This document shows positions 20,882-30,595 of a stretch of DNA of 64,000 nucleotides, one piece after another. The stretch lies in the NCBI GenBank assembly GCA_963810095.1, contig CAWEMM010000015.1:1-64000 (forward strand). The letters run 5' to 3'. Position 1 is the stretch's first letter, and the number at the start of each line of letters is the position of its first letter. This DNA comes from an uncultured Chloroflexia bacterium. GTDB lineage: Bacteria; Chloroflexota; Anaerolineae; CG2-30-64-16. A program made the translations under genes and the position numbers. A model generated the notes under the pieces. It was not told the DNA's origin and searched no databases. It saw nothing but the letters and a program-made list of their open reading frames with translations.

Positions 20882-22126
20882 ATGATTACACATGTTGGAC
20901 ATGGAGGCATCCTCAGACGCATTGGCATCAATGTGGGTGCCGGATACGTTCCCGGAATAAATGCTGTGATTACAGGAGCAGCCCAGGCAGCTGGCCTCAT
21001 GGGATGGGAAATTCTCGGCATCCGCGATGGATTTGAGGGCTTGCTGCACCCTGATCGCTACCCTGAGGGCGGACTGATTACCCTCAGCCCGCAACTGATC
21101 ACGGACCTCAACGCCTTCGAAGGAGGTATCCTTGGCCAGTCGCCCAGGGTCGATCCATTTCATGTCGCCACCGTAAATCAAGCTAATGAGGTGGAGGAAG
21201 TGGACGTTTCAGATGAAATTCTGAAACGGTTGAAGGAAGAAAATATCGATGCATTGATCTCAGTCGTAGGCGGCCGTGGGCTGGGTATTCTCCATAAGCT
21301 CCATCGCAAAGGGCTCCATACGGTGTGCATTCCAAAATCGATTGAGAACGACATAGCCGCTACTTCGATATCCTTTGGGTTCAACAGCGCCCTCAGCTTT
21401 ACCATCGAAATGCTGATGCGTGCCAAACAAGCGGCCAAGTCGGCCCGCAAAATTGCCGTAGTGGAGGTCATTGGAGCCCAGGCAGGATGGTTGGCGCTGC
21501 AGGCCGGCATAGCCGTTTCTGCCGATGCGGTACTGCTGCCCGAAATTCAGTGCAATCTTAACCTGTTGGCCCAAAGGTTGGAGGAAAAGATTTCAAGCAG
21601 GAGACCCTACGGGTTGGTGATCGTGGCTGAAGGCGCGAAACTCCGCAAAAAACCTCTACAAGAGGAAATCACATCTCCCCATCAAGCGGTTCTAACCCCC
21701 CAACATCGAGCGGCCCTATCCCTCAAAGCCTCTCTACCGCCACAGGCATTGGGTGAGGCAAGCGAGCAGGTCATAGTCCCGCCAGATAAGGCAGCCGAGA
21801 CAGTGGCAAACGAGCTCCGGTTGCTGTTAGCCATGGAACCCTATCCGCTCGTTGTCGGACCTTGGGCGAGGGGGGGAGACCCTACTGCCGTGGACCTTCA
21901 ACTGGGAATGGCATACGGGGCCGGGGCGATTCAGGCGCTGAAAAGCTCCAAGAATGGCGTAATGGTTTCTTTTGTTCCGCCACAAATTGCATACGTTCCG
22001 CTGGCAGAAACAATCGATACAGTCAGAACGGTGCCTGCTGACTGTGAATTTGTAAAGATCGCCGAATCGCTTGGGATTTATTTGGGGAAATTCACTGCGA
22101 AAGACGGAATGCAGTCAGACCATTGA
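20882..22126 (+). CDS. 6-phosphofructokinase-family protein with degenerate active site (copy 1)
   Basis: PGINAVI, GIRDGFEGL, GGILG, PKSIEND, FGFNSA, VAEGA, ARGG; GGD motifs absent. Confidence 0.8.
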   Translation: MITHVGHGGILRRIGINVGAGYVPGINAVITGAAQAAGLMGWEILGIRDGFEGLLHPDRYPEGGLITLSPQLITDLNAFEGGILGQSPRVDPFHVATVNQANEVEEVDVSDEILKRLKEENIDALISVVGGRGLGILHKLHRKGLHTVCIPKSIENDIAATSISFGFNSALSFTIEMLMRAKQAAKSARKIAVVEVIGAQAGWLALQAGIAVSADAVLLPEIQCNLNLLAQRLEEKISSRRPYGLVIVAEGAKLRKKPLQEEITSPHQAVLTPQHRAALSLKASLPPQALGEASEQVIVPPDKAAETVANELRLLLAMEPYPLVVGPWARGGDPTAVDLQLGMAYGAGAIQALKSSKNGVMVSFVPPQIAYVPLAETIDTVRTVPADCEFVKIAESLGIYLGKFTAKDGMQSDH

Positions 22127-22171
22127 GATTCCAAACGATTAGCCCCGTAGCCATCAATCATGGAGGATGCT

Positions 22172-23293
22172 ATGAAAAACACTAGCGAATCAATAGACGT
22201 CTACGAACGCCTGGCTAATGTGCTAGATGCAACGCCTCAAGGCTTTCCCAGGTTGAAATCCGGGGTGGAAATCAAACTGCTCAAACTGGTGTTCACTCCT
22301 GACGAGGTCTCGCTTGCAAGTTACTTAACCACAACGTACGAGTACCCAGCCGATATCGCCACGCGGGCCGGCATTGATGTGGAAGATGCAATAGTGATAC
22401 TGAGTGGTCTGATATCCCGCAAACTTGTCCGCATGCAGGGACCTCCCTCTTATCCCGGCATGCCGGCTCCACCTCCCGGAAAAGATTCGCTGTTCCGGCT
22501 TGGCCCTTTCATGATTGGCTGGTACGAAGCCTGCATGCGCGTGGAAGGCAAGGAATTTGCCGAGCTTTTCCACCAATATATGGTTGAGGGCGGTAGTGAA
22601 AGAATCCTTGCTCCACGGCCCGGCGTGCTGGGCGTTGTCCCGGTGCGGGGCTCGCTAAAGCCGGAATTGATGGCTACGATGGAACCACACCTGGACATCG
22701 ACGCTCATCTAAAGCGGCACGAACGATTTTTGGTGATGGACTGCGTGTGCAAAAGGGAAATGGAGGCTTTGGGGAAAGACGACAGCCGCTATCCGCTGAA
22801 ACGCTGCGGATTTTTAGGGCTACCGGCTAGCGTCCCACTCGGAGAACATGTGCTCAGCCGGGAGGAGGCTGACCAGCTCCTTCGAAAGCTCGAAAAGATG
22901 GGGCATGTCAGTAATGCAGCCTACGGATTTCAAATGGGCGCCGAAAGTCCACAGTATGTCGGCGGCTGCAACTGCGACCGTTATGCCTGTGGGGTATTTA
23001 GCAACCACTACCCGTCGCAGGCATCAAACTACCGCTCGGTGATTGATCCGGAAAAGTGCATCTCTTGTGGCGTGTGTATCGATCGCTGCCCCGTGAGCGC
23101 CATCGCGGCGGATGAGGATTACAAGTCGAAGGTGGAACGGGCTAAGTGTATCGGCTGTGGCGTGTGTGTGATTGGATGTAATGATGAAGCCATTGAATTG
23201 GTACCTGTATCGAAAGAGGAGTGGTTCCATACGCCAGCGAGCATGGAGGAATGGGAAGAGTTGCGCGCGCAGACTCTGGCAGCGACGAAATAA
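22172..23293 (+). CDS. 4Fe-4S dicluster ferredoxin-domain protein with N-terminal wHTH-like region
   Basis: CISCGVCIDRCP and CIGCGVCVIGC, plus CVCK, C and CNC ligands; N-terminal PQGFPRLKSGVEIKLLKLVFTPDE. Confidence 0.85.
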   Translation: MKNTSESIDVYERLANVLDATPQGFPRLKSGVEIKLLKLVFTPDEVSLASYLTTTYEYPADIATRAGIDVEDAIVILSGLISRKLVRMQGPPSYPGMPAPPPGKDSLFRLGPFMIGWYEACMRVEGKEFAELFHQYMVEGGSERILAPRPGVLGVVPVRGSLKPELMATMEPHLDIDAHLKRHERFLVMDCVCKREMEALGKDDSRYPLKRCGFLGLPASVPLGEHVLSREEADQLLRKLEKMGHVSNAAYGFQMGAESPQYVGGCNCDRYACGVFSNHYPSQASNYRSVIDPEKCISCGVCIDRCPVSAIAADEDYKSKVERAKCIGCGVCVIGCNDEAIELVPVSKEEWFHTPASMEEWEELRAQTLAATK

Positions 23294-23308
23294 TCCGTGG
23301 CCCGACAG

Positions 23309-23372
23309 ATCCCGCCGGATCAGCTAAAACACGGAAGCGCCGCGAAGCCGTTCCTAATCTGGTTAGGACCAA
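23309..23372 (+). pseudogene. Short relic of a second GRE C-terminal domain
   Basis: IPPDQL(K)TRKRREAVPNLVRT versus FPPDQLKTRKGRDNVLRLVKT at 20459-20521. Confidence 0.65.
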
Positions 23373-23462
23373 GTACGGGAAGTGCCTTGATGAGCACCAC
23401 AATCTGTAAGGAGGCAAGGCTATGAATACGGATGCAAGATGCAGGAATAAGGGAGGTTTACT

Positions 23463-24640
23463 ATGACCACTGAAACAGGTCATGCCAGTTCCCCAAGACG
23501 GATCGGCATCATGGTGGGCGCCGGCTTCGTCCCCGGCATGAACGCTGTGGTGACCGGCGCGGCGCTGGCCGCGGGCAATCTGGGATGGGAACTCGTGGGC
23601 ATCCGCGATGGCTTTGACGGGCTCCTGTATCCGGATCGCTACCCGGAAGGCGGGCTGGTAACCCTCTCCCCCGACTGGTCGAGAACCTGGATCCCGCGGC
23701 CGGGGGCATCCTTGGCCAATCGGGCCGCGTCGACCCGTTTCATGTCCGCACGATTGACGAAGACGACATGGCTCAGGAAGTGGACATGTCCGACGAGGTG
23801 CTGAGCGCACTGCAAGCGCACCAGATCGATGCGCTGATATCCGTGGTCGGCGGCCGCGGGTTGAGCATCCTCTACAGAATGCATTGCAAGGGGCTGGCCA
23901 GCGTGTGCATCCCACGCTCGATCGAGAACGACGTCGCGGCCACCTCCGTGGCCTTTGGCTTCAACACCGCACTCAGCTTCACGATCGAGATGCTCGACCG
24001 GGCGCGGGTGGCCGCCCAGTCTGCCCGCAAGATCGCGGTCGTGGAGGTCCTGGGCGAGCAGGCCGGCTGGATTGCGCTGCAGGCCGGCATCGCTGCGGGC
24101 GCCGATGCCATCTTGATCCCCGAAATTCCCTGTGACCTCGAGCGGGTGGCCGCGCGGCTGAAGCAAAAGATGTCGCGCCAGCGGCCGTACGGGCTGGTGG
24201 TGGTGGCCGAAGGGGCCAGGCTGGTCGATAACCACAATGGCCACGCGCAGGAGCCATCCTCGCTGAAGGCTTCCCTCTCGCCGTTGGCTACCGGCGATGC
24301 CAGCGACCACGTTATCCAGCGCTCGGGCCGGGCCGCCGAGACCGTCGCCAGCAAGCTGCAACTGCTGATCCCTGAGGAAACCCAGGCGCTCGTCGTAGGC
24401 CTGTGGGCCAGGGGCGGCGCTCCGACCGCCGTCGACCGGCAACTCGGGCAAGCCTATGGCGCCGGCGCAGTACGTGCCATAAACGACGGCCAGAACGGGG
24501 TGATGGTGGCGTTCGTGCCGCCCGACATCAGGTTCGTGCCGCTGGCGCAGGCGATCAACAAGATCAGGACCGTGCCCGTTGACAGCGAATTCGTGCAGAT
24601 TGCGCGCTCGCTGGGCATCAGTCTGGGGAGGGCGCAATGA
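23463..24640 (+). CDS. 6-phosphofructokinase-family protein with degenerate active site (copy 2; frameshift near 23680)
   Basis: Clear paralogue of 20882-22126; stop overlaps the activase start (ATGA). Confidence 0.8.
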
Positions 24641-25599
24641 TCACCCCATCCACCAAATCCGGCGAACTGACCGGCGTCGTTCTCAACATTCAGCGCTATT
24701 GCAGCCATGACGGTCCGGGCATCCGCACCAACATCTTTCTCAAGGGCTGCTCGCTGCGCTGCAAATGGTGCTCCAATCCCGAAAGCATCCAGCCCAAGCC
24801 GGAGCTGGCCTACGCCCCCAACATGTGCACGGGCAAGGAAGCGTGCGGGCTCTGTCTGAAGCAGCCCTTCCCTGAAGGCGCTTTCTACGTCGTCGAGGGC
24901 GACGACGACAAGGTCAGGGTCAACTGGGATCTGGCTTCGGACGTCGGCGAGGAGTTGGTTTCGCTCTGCCCGACCCACGCGCTGGACATGTACGGCAAGC
25001 GCATGACCGTCGGCGAAGTGCTGGCCGAGGTGGAGAAGGACGAATCGATCTACCGCAATTCCGGCGGCGGCATGACCCTCAGCGGCGGCGAGTGCCAGCT
25101 ACAACCCGACTTCGCCGCAGCCCTGCTCAAGGGCGCCCATGAGCGCGGCATCAACACCGCCATCGAGACGGCCTTCAACGTGCCCTGGTCTTTCTGTGAA
25201 AAGGTGCTGCCGCACGTCGATACCGTGCTCCATGACCACAAGCTGACCATCTCGGAGCGGCACAAGAAGTGGACCGCCGTGGGCAACGAGCGCATCCTGG
25301 CGAACATGAAGAAGGCCTACGAGACCTTTCCCAATGCAGACTTCATTGCCCGCACGCCGCTGATTCCCGGCGTCAACGCCGACGAGGAGCACATCCGGGC
25401 CGTCCTGGCCTTCATCCGCCCCTACAAGAACGTGATCGACTATGAGATCTTGCCCTATCACCGCTTTGGGCTGGGCAAGTACGAGAGCCTGGGCGTGGTG
25501 TATGAGCTGGACGACTACAAGACGCCGTCAGACGAGGTAGTCCAGCGATTCCGGGCCATCATCGACGAGGCCTTCGGCCGTACAGCCGAGAGTCAGTGA
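24637..25599 (+). CDS. Glycyl-radical enzyme activating enzyme (radical SAM)
   Basis: HDGPGIRT, KGCSLRCKWCSNPES, GGGMTLSGGE, LPYHRFGLGKY. Confidence 0.95.
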   Translation: MITPSTKSGELTGVVLNIQRYCSHDGPGIRTNIFLKGCSLRCKWCSNPESIQPKPELAYAPNMCTGKEACGLCLKQPFPEGAFYVVEGDDDKVRVNWDLASDVGEELVSLCPTHALDMYGKRMTVGEVLAEVEKDESIYRNSGGGMTLSGGECQLQPDFAAALLKGAHERGINTAIETAFNVPWSFCEKVLPHVDTVLHDHKLTISERHKKWTAVGNERILANMKKAYETFPNADFIARTPLIPGVNADEEHIRAVLAFIRPYKNVIDYEILPYHRFGLGKYESLGVVYELDDYKTPSDEVVQRFRAIIDEAFGRTAESQ

Positions 25600-25776
25600 G
25601 TCTAAGGAACGTCGCCTGATATTGAGCTGCAACGACCCCGGTGGAACGCACGCTGCCCCAAGGTCTTTGTGGATCGCCTCGGGAGGCTGGCTAGGCGTTC
25701 TGTGAGATGATGGGATGCGATAAGAAGAACCGGCAAAACAGCGAAGAAGGAACAATCCAAACCACAAGGAGATGAT

Positions 25777-26163
25777 ATGCGAACGCCAATGAAGGACCTG
25801 CCAGCCCACAAGAGCCCTTTCAGCGACAAGGTGGAGGGAGTTGAGATTTTTTCCGAGGATTGGGGTGACATGACCTGTGGCCTCTACCGTTACCCTAAGG
25901 GGGTGGATTTCACGCCGTATTTCGTTGGCATGCCGGACGATTTGTGCCCGATCCCTCACTATGGGTACTGCCTCACGGGCGCCTTTCATGTCCGCTACAA
26001 GGACGGAACGGAGGAAGTCGTGAGAGCTGGGGAGCTGTTCTACTTGCCCCCGCCCCATACGTTTTGGATAGATGAAGATACCGAGATGATCATGTTCAGC
26101 CCGCTCAAATTGATGAGCGAGGGCACGAAACTCGCACAGAGCAATCTGGGTTCAAAGGAGTAA
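25777..26163 (+). CDS. Cupin-domain protein
   Basis: DDLCPIPHYGY...EEVVRAGELFYLPPPH. Confidence 0.75.
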   Translation: MRTPMKDLPAHKSPFSDKVEGVEIFSEDWGDMTCGLYRYPKGVDFTPYFVGMPDDLCPIPHYGYCLTGAFHVRYKDGTEEVVRAGELFYLPPPHTFWIDEDTEMIMFSPLKLMSEGTKLAQSNLGSKE

Positions 26164-26272
26164 AAGCGGCGCGCCGCACCGTCTACCGTTACCCTAACCC
26201 GGCGCTTGCCTGACAGCTACAAGGACGGGTGAGGGTGAACCATCCATTTTTCAGTACCAGTGGAGGTACATC

Positions 26273-26605
26273 ATGCTACTCATCGGATGTTTGTTCGCGT
26301 TTGCTCTGGCCGTCGCGCCCCGCGTGGTTCTCCTGCTGGCCTGGATCTTCAGCGACCGCTGGCAGATCGTATGGAGTGGACAGTGGTTCTTGCCCTTGTT
26401 GGGGATCGTCTTCCTACCCTTCACGACGGTGATGTACATGCTTTCGTGGAAACCGACGGGCATCCATGGCTGGGACTGGCTGTGGATCGGCCTGGGCGTC
26501 TTCATGGACATCACGAAGTGGGCCCAGATCGTGGCCAATCGGAAAGGCATCCCGGGCTACCCCGCGGGCCAGGCGCCAGCGGGCACCGACGCACTCGTAT
26601 CGTAG
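26273..26605 (+). CDS. Small membrane protein (paralogue of 29775 and 38238)
   Basis: PLLGIVFLPFTTVMY...GWDWLWIGLG; GGAGG RBS. Confidence 0.75.
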   Translation: MLLIGCLFAFALAVAPRVVLLLAWIFSDRWQIVWSGQWFLPLLGIVFLPFTTVMYMLSWKPTGIHGWDWLWIGLGVFMDITKWAQIVANRKGIPGYPAGQAPAGTDALVS

Positions 26606-26694
26606 GCCAGTAGCCGTCGTGCTCATATCAGAGGTGACCGGCCAACGCTGATCGCCTCTGATGCGCGTACGAGCCGAAACGAATAGGAGACAAT

Positions 26695-27741
26695 ATGAAG
26701 GCTATAACTGTCGAACCCAAGACCCCAGGATCGGCGCGCTACGAAGAGATGCCGGAGCCCGATCCACGCGAGGGCTCGGTCCTGCTTGAAGCGATCGCGG
26801 TCGGCGTCTGCGGAACCGACGCCGAGATCGTGTCGGGGAAGTACGGCTGGGCGCCGCCAGGACAGAAGCGCCTGGTGCTGGGACATGAATCTCTGGGCCG
26901 CGTCATCGATCCGGGCGACAGCAAGGTGTTCAAGCCGGGCGACCTGGTCGTCGGGATCGTGCGGCGCCCGGATCCGGTGCCCTGCCCCAACTGCGCGGTG
27001 GGCGAGTGGGATATGTGCACCAACGGCCAGTACACCGAGCGGGGAATCAAGGAGATCCACGGCTTCATGTCGGAACGCTGGCGGAGCGAGTCGGAATACC
27101 TGATCAAGGTTGACCCATCGCTGGGTATCCTGGGCGTGCTGCTCGAGCCGATGACGGTGATAACGAAGGCCATCGAACAGGTCTTCCTTGCGGGTCAACG
27201 CGCCTATTGGGAACCCAAGACCGTGCTGGTGACGGGCGCGGGCCCGATCGGGTTGCTGGCCGCGCTGCGTCTGAGCGTGCGCAACCTGCAGGTGCACGTG
27301 CTCGATCGGGCTGAGACCGGCCTGAAGCCAGAGCTCGTACGCGCCCTGGGGGCCACGTATCATACCGGAAGCGTCATGGATCTCGATTTTGCTCCCGATA
27401 TCATCATCGAGTGCACAGGTGTGGGCTCGGTGATCGTGGACTCGATTCAGAAGGTCAACGCCGGCGGGATCATCTGCCTTACCGGCGTCGGCGCAGGTGG
27501 CGCCAAAGGCCTGACCGTAGCTGACGTCGCGGCGTCGGCGGTGCTGAAGAACAACTTGATTGTCGGCAGCGTGAATGCGAACAAGCGTCACTGGTACAAA
27601 GCGGGCCAGAACCTGGCCCAATCGGACCGCAACTGGCTTAGCCGGATGATCACACGCTGTGAGCGGCCAGAGGATTTCCAAGAGGCTCTCGAGAAACGAC
27701 CGGACGATGTGAAGACGATCATCCAGTTTAGTGCGGTCTAG
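26695..27741 (+). CDS. Zn-dependent glucose 1-dehydrogenase (MDR family)
   Basis: GVCGTD, LGHESLG, VRRP, ERGI, VLLEP, GAGPIG, VGSVNA. Confidence 0.88.
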   Translation: MKAITVEPKTPGSARYEEMPEPDPREGSVLLEAIAVGVCGTDAEIVSGKYGWAPPGQKRLVLGHESLGRVIDPGDSKVFKPGDLVVGIVRRPDPVPCPNCAVGEWDMCTNGQYTERGIKEIHGFMSERWRSESEYLIKVDPSLGILGVLLEPMTVITKAIEQVFLAGQRAYWEPKTVLVTGAGPIGLLAALRLSVRNLQVHVLDRAETGLKPELVRALGATYHTGSVMDLDFAPDIIIECTGVGSVIVDSIQKVNAGGIICLTGVGAGGAKGLTVADVAASAVLKNNLIVGSVNANKRHWYKAGQNLAQSDRNWLSRMITRCERPEDFQEALEKRPDDVKTIIQFSAV

Positions 27742-27771
27742 ACGAGGCATGAAGAAAGGGTAAGCCTTAAG

Positions 27772-29467
27772 ATGAAGGTGATTATCGTGGGTGGCGTGGC
27801 CGGCGGGGCATCCTGCGCCGCGCGACTGCGCAGATTAGATGAGACAGCCGAAATCCTGATGGTGGAACGCGGACCGTACGTGTCGTACGCGAACTGCGGA
27901 CTGCCGTACCATGTCGGGGGTGTGATTGCACAGGAGTCGAGCCTCCTGGTCGCGACGGAGCAGACGTTCCGCGAGCAATTCGCCATCGACGTGCGGACGC
28001 GCTGCGAAGTCGTGGGCATCTCGCCCGAACAGAAGACTGTGGACCTCAAGAACCACGTGACCGGGGAGGTGACGACCGAGAAGTACGACAAGCTCGTCCT
28101 GTCGCCCGGCGCCGCGCCGATCCGCCCGCCGCTGCCCGGCATCGACCTACCGGGAATATTCTCCGTGCGAACCGTGCCGGATGCCCGGACGATCCGCGAG
28201 TGGCTGGACCGGGATGCGGCAGATCGATCCGGTATGAACGCGTACACGGGCTACCAGACCGTGACGCGACCGCAGCGCGCGGTGGTAGTCGGCGGCGGCT
28301 TCATCGGCCTCGAAATGGTGGAGAACTTCGTCCACCGTGGGCTCGAAGTGACGCTGGTCGAGCGGCTCAACCAGGTGATGCCCCCGCTCGATCCGGAAAT
28401 GGCGCGGCTCGTCGAGCGTTACATGGTCAGGCACGGCGTCCACCTCGAACTCAATGACGGGGTGGCTTCCTTCCAGGAGGCAACCGATGGCTCGCTGGAA
28501 GTTATCACCACTTCGGGCAAGTGCCTGCCCGCGGACCTTGTCATCCTTGCGATCGGCGTTCGTCCCGAAACGGCGCTGGCGAAGATGGCTGGCATCAAGC
28601 TCGGGCAGCGCGGCGGCATGCGTGTCGACGAGCAGATGCGTACGAACGTCCCGGATATCTTTGCAGTCGGCGATGCGGTCGAGGTCAAAGACTTTGTGAC
28701 CGGCCAATGGTCTCTCATCGCACTGGCGGGACCGGCGAACCGGCAAGGGCGCATTGCGGCCGAGGTGATTGCCGGCCGCGACTCGCGCTTCCGCGGCACC
28801 CAGGGCACCTCCATTTGCCAGATCTTCGAGGCCGCGATTGCCTCGACCGGCGCCAGCGAGAAGCTACTGAATCAGCTCGGCGATACGGATTACGAGAAGA
28901 TCTATCTCTACCCTAATTCGCATGCGGGCTACTATCCGGGCGCCAAGTACATCGCGATGAAGGTCATCTTCCGGAAGTCCGACGGCAAGCTCCTGGGCGC
29001 GCAGGTGCTCGGTGAGGATGGCGTCCCGAAGCGGATCGACTCTTTCGCGATGGCGCTCCAGGCTGGCTTCACGATTTACGACCTCGAGGAGTCCGAGCTA
29101 TGCTACGCACCGCCTTTCGGCAGCGCAAAAGATCCCGTCAACTTCGCCGGGATGGTCGCGGCCGACGTGCTGCGCGGGGATATGCCAATCAGCCACTGGG
29201 CTTCACTGAACGGGGAGTTCCTCCTCGACGTGCGCAATCCCACCGAGCTGGAGGTCGAGTCTGTGCCGGGTGCGCTCAACATCCCGCTGCACGAGTTACG
29301 CGGCTCGGCTCGGCGAGCTGCCGCGCGACCGCGAGATCCTCGTCTTCTGCCGCTCGGGGCAGCGCGCCTACTATGCGACGCGCATCCTGCTGCAGAACGG
29401 GTTCGCAGCCCGGAATGTGGCTGGAGGCATGTTGTCGCGCTCGCATCTCGCGGGTGGATTGAGCTAG
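27772..29467 (+). CDS. CoA-disulfide reductase / persulfide reductase with C-terminal rhodanese (frameshift near 29305)
   Basis: GGVAGGASCAARLRR, SYANCGLPY, GGGFIGLE, HAGYYPGA, YAPPFGSAKDPVN, FCRSGQR. Confidence 0.92.
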
Positions 29468-29481
29468 AAAGGAAAGATCCA

Positions 29482-29571
29482 ATGACTTTAGGACCCGTCG
29501 ACTTCATCGCACTGGAGTCCCCGGCATCCGGTTCAAGGGTGAGATCCTGCCCGAGCTGCTCGATATCGTAA
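29482..29571 (+). pseudogene. DUF6325 N-terminal fragment
   Basis: MTLGPVDFIALE.PG.RFKGEILPELLDIV* matches the start of the 35652 gene. Confidence 0.7.
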
Positions 29572-29596
29572 GATCTTGGCAGGGTAGGGGCAGCGG

Positions 29597-29774
29597 AAGG
29601 CTTGAAGGTCGTCAGTTCGTTTCTGAGCCCGATGAAGCGCAACGGGCGTCCTCGAGCCTTCTGCTGCGGCGCTGTGGAACGCCGTCTGTCCGCAGCGCTG
29701 ATTCATGGTAGTCGGAGCGGTCTGACACAGGCCGCTTTACCCGATCTGCACTTGGGAAAGGAAAGGGTACCAGA
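29597..29774 (+). promoter_or_regulatory. Candidate structured leader RNA (copy A)
   Basis: Homologous to 38060-38237; stems are retained despite sequence divergence. Confidence 0.4.
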
Positions 29775-30191
29775 ATGCGGAACACCAACAACTCAGGGTG
29801 CTTGACCGCCTTCGTCGCATCGTTCTCGCGCATCGTGCTGCTGTTTGCATGGCTTGCGCGACCCGGGTTGATGAACGCCGCCTTCAGCACGTTCATCGTC
29901 CCATGCCTGGGCTTCCTGTTCCTGCCATTCACAACGCTGATGTACGTCATCCTCGTCCAGGGTGTCGGCAAGATTGAAGGCTTGGACTGGCTGTGGCTGG
30001 TCCTGGCAGCCATTATGGACCTCGCCAGCGTCGGCGCCGCTGGGGCAGCCAACCGCAATCGCATCCCCCAGGGGTATCGTGGCTCGTTCCAGGAGAAGGA
30101 ACTGTATGATCCAGTGACTGGCAAACCGCGTGCGGTCACCCCGACCGCTCCACCCGCACCGGACCAGCCGACGGAATCGAAGCCGCAATAG
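29775..30191 (+). CDS. Small membrane protein
   Basis: MRNTNNSGCL...PCLGFLFLPFTTLMY...GLDWLWL; near copy of 38238. Confidence 0.8.
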   Translation: MRNTNNSGCLTAFVASFSRIVLLFAWLARPGLMNAAFSTFIVPCLGFLFLPFTTLMYVILVQGVGKIEGLDWLWLVLAAIMDLASVGAAGAANRNRIPQGYRGSFQEKELYDPVTGKPRAVTPTAPPAPDQPTESKPQ

Positions 30192-30239
30192 GCTGAGCCC
30201 ACGCGGCGCCGGTGACGTCTGCCAAGATCTGGGCGAACA

Positions 30240-30525
30240 AATTGCCGCACTGGCGGGAACCGCATGACCGGCCCGATCCAGCACAACTCGGTTTAGGACG
30301 TGTACGATGAGTGGTCTCACGAACATCAGTCATGCGACGTTGGTCGTTTTGATGATCCTGAGCCTGATCATTATTCCGAGGCCGCAAGCTCGGCAACTTC
30401 GGCGGATTGGTGTCGCCTCATCGCGATCTGTGCCTCGACGTCAATGACTTCGACGAGACGCTTCCCGATCCCTGGAAATGGGACGTGAAAAGGCTGGCCT
30501 CCAGCCTGCAGATGGAGCGCTTGGT
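30240..30525 (+). pseudogene. DUF2252 relic
   Basis: HWREPHDRPDP and GNFGGLVSPHRDLCLDVNDFDETLPDPWKWDVKRLASS fragments. Confidence 0.65.
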
Positions 30526-30595
30526 CCGGGAACAGGTGGGCGGCAACGAATAGAACGTGCGTAGCAGCAATGTGCGGAACGAAGGGAGTCAGCGC

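Noticed and set aside
29625-29645. SAM-I riboswitch-like words (GCCCGATGAAGC; CCCGGCAAC in the second copy)
   Set aside because: The ATC.AGAG and GAGGGA core elements are missing and the words are not shared by both copies.
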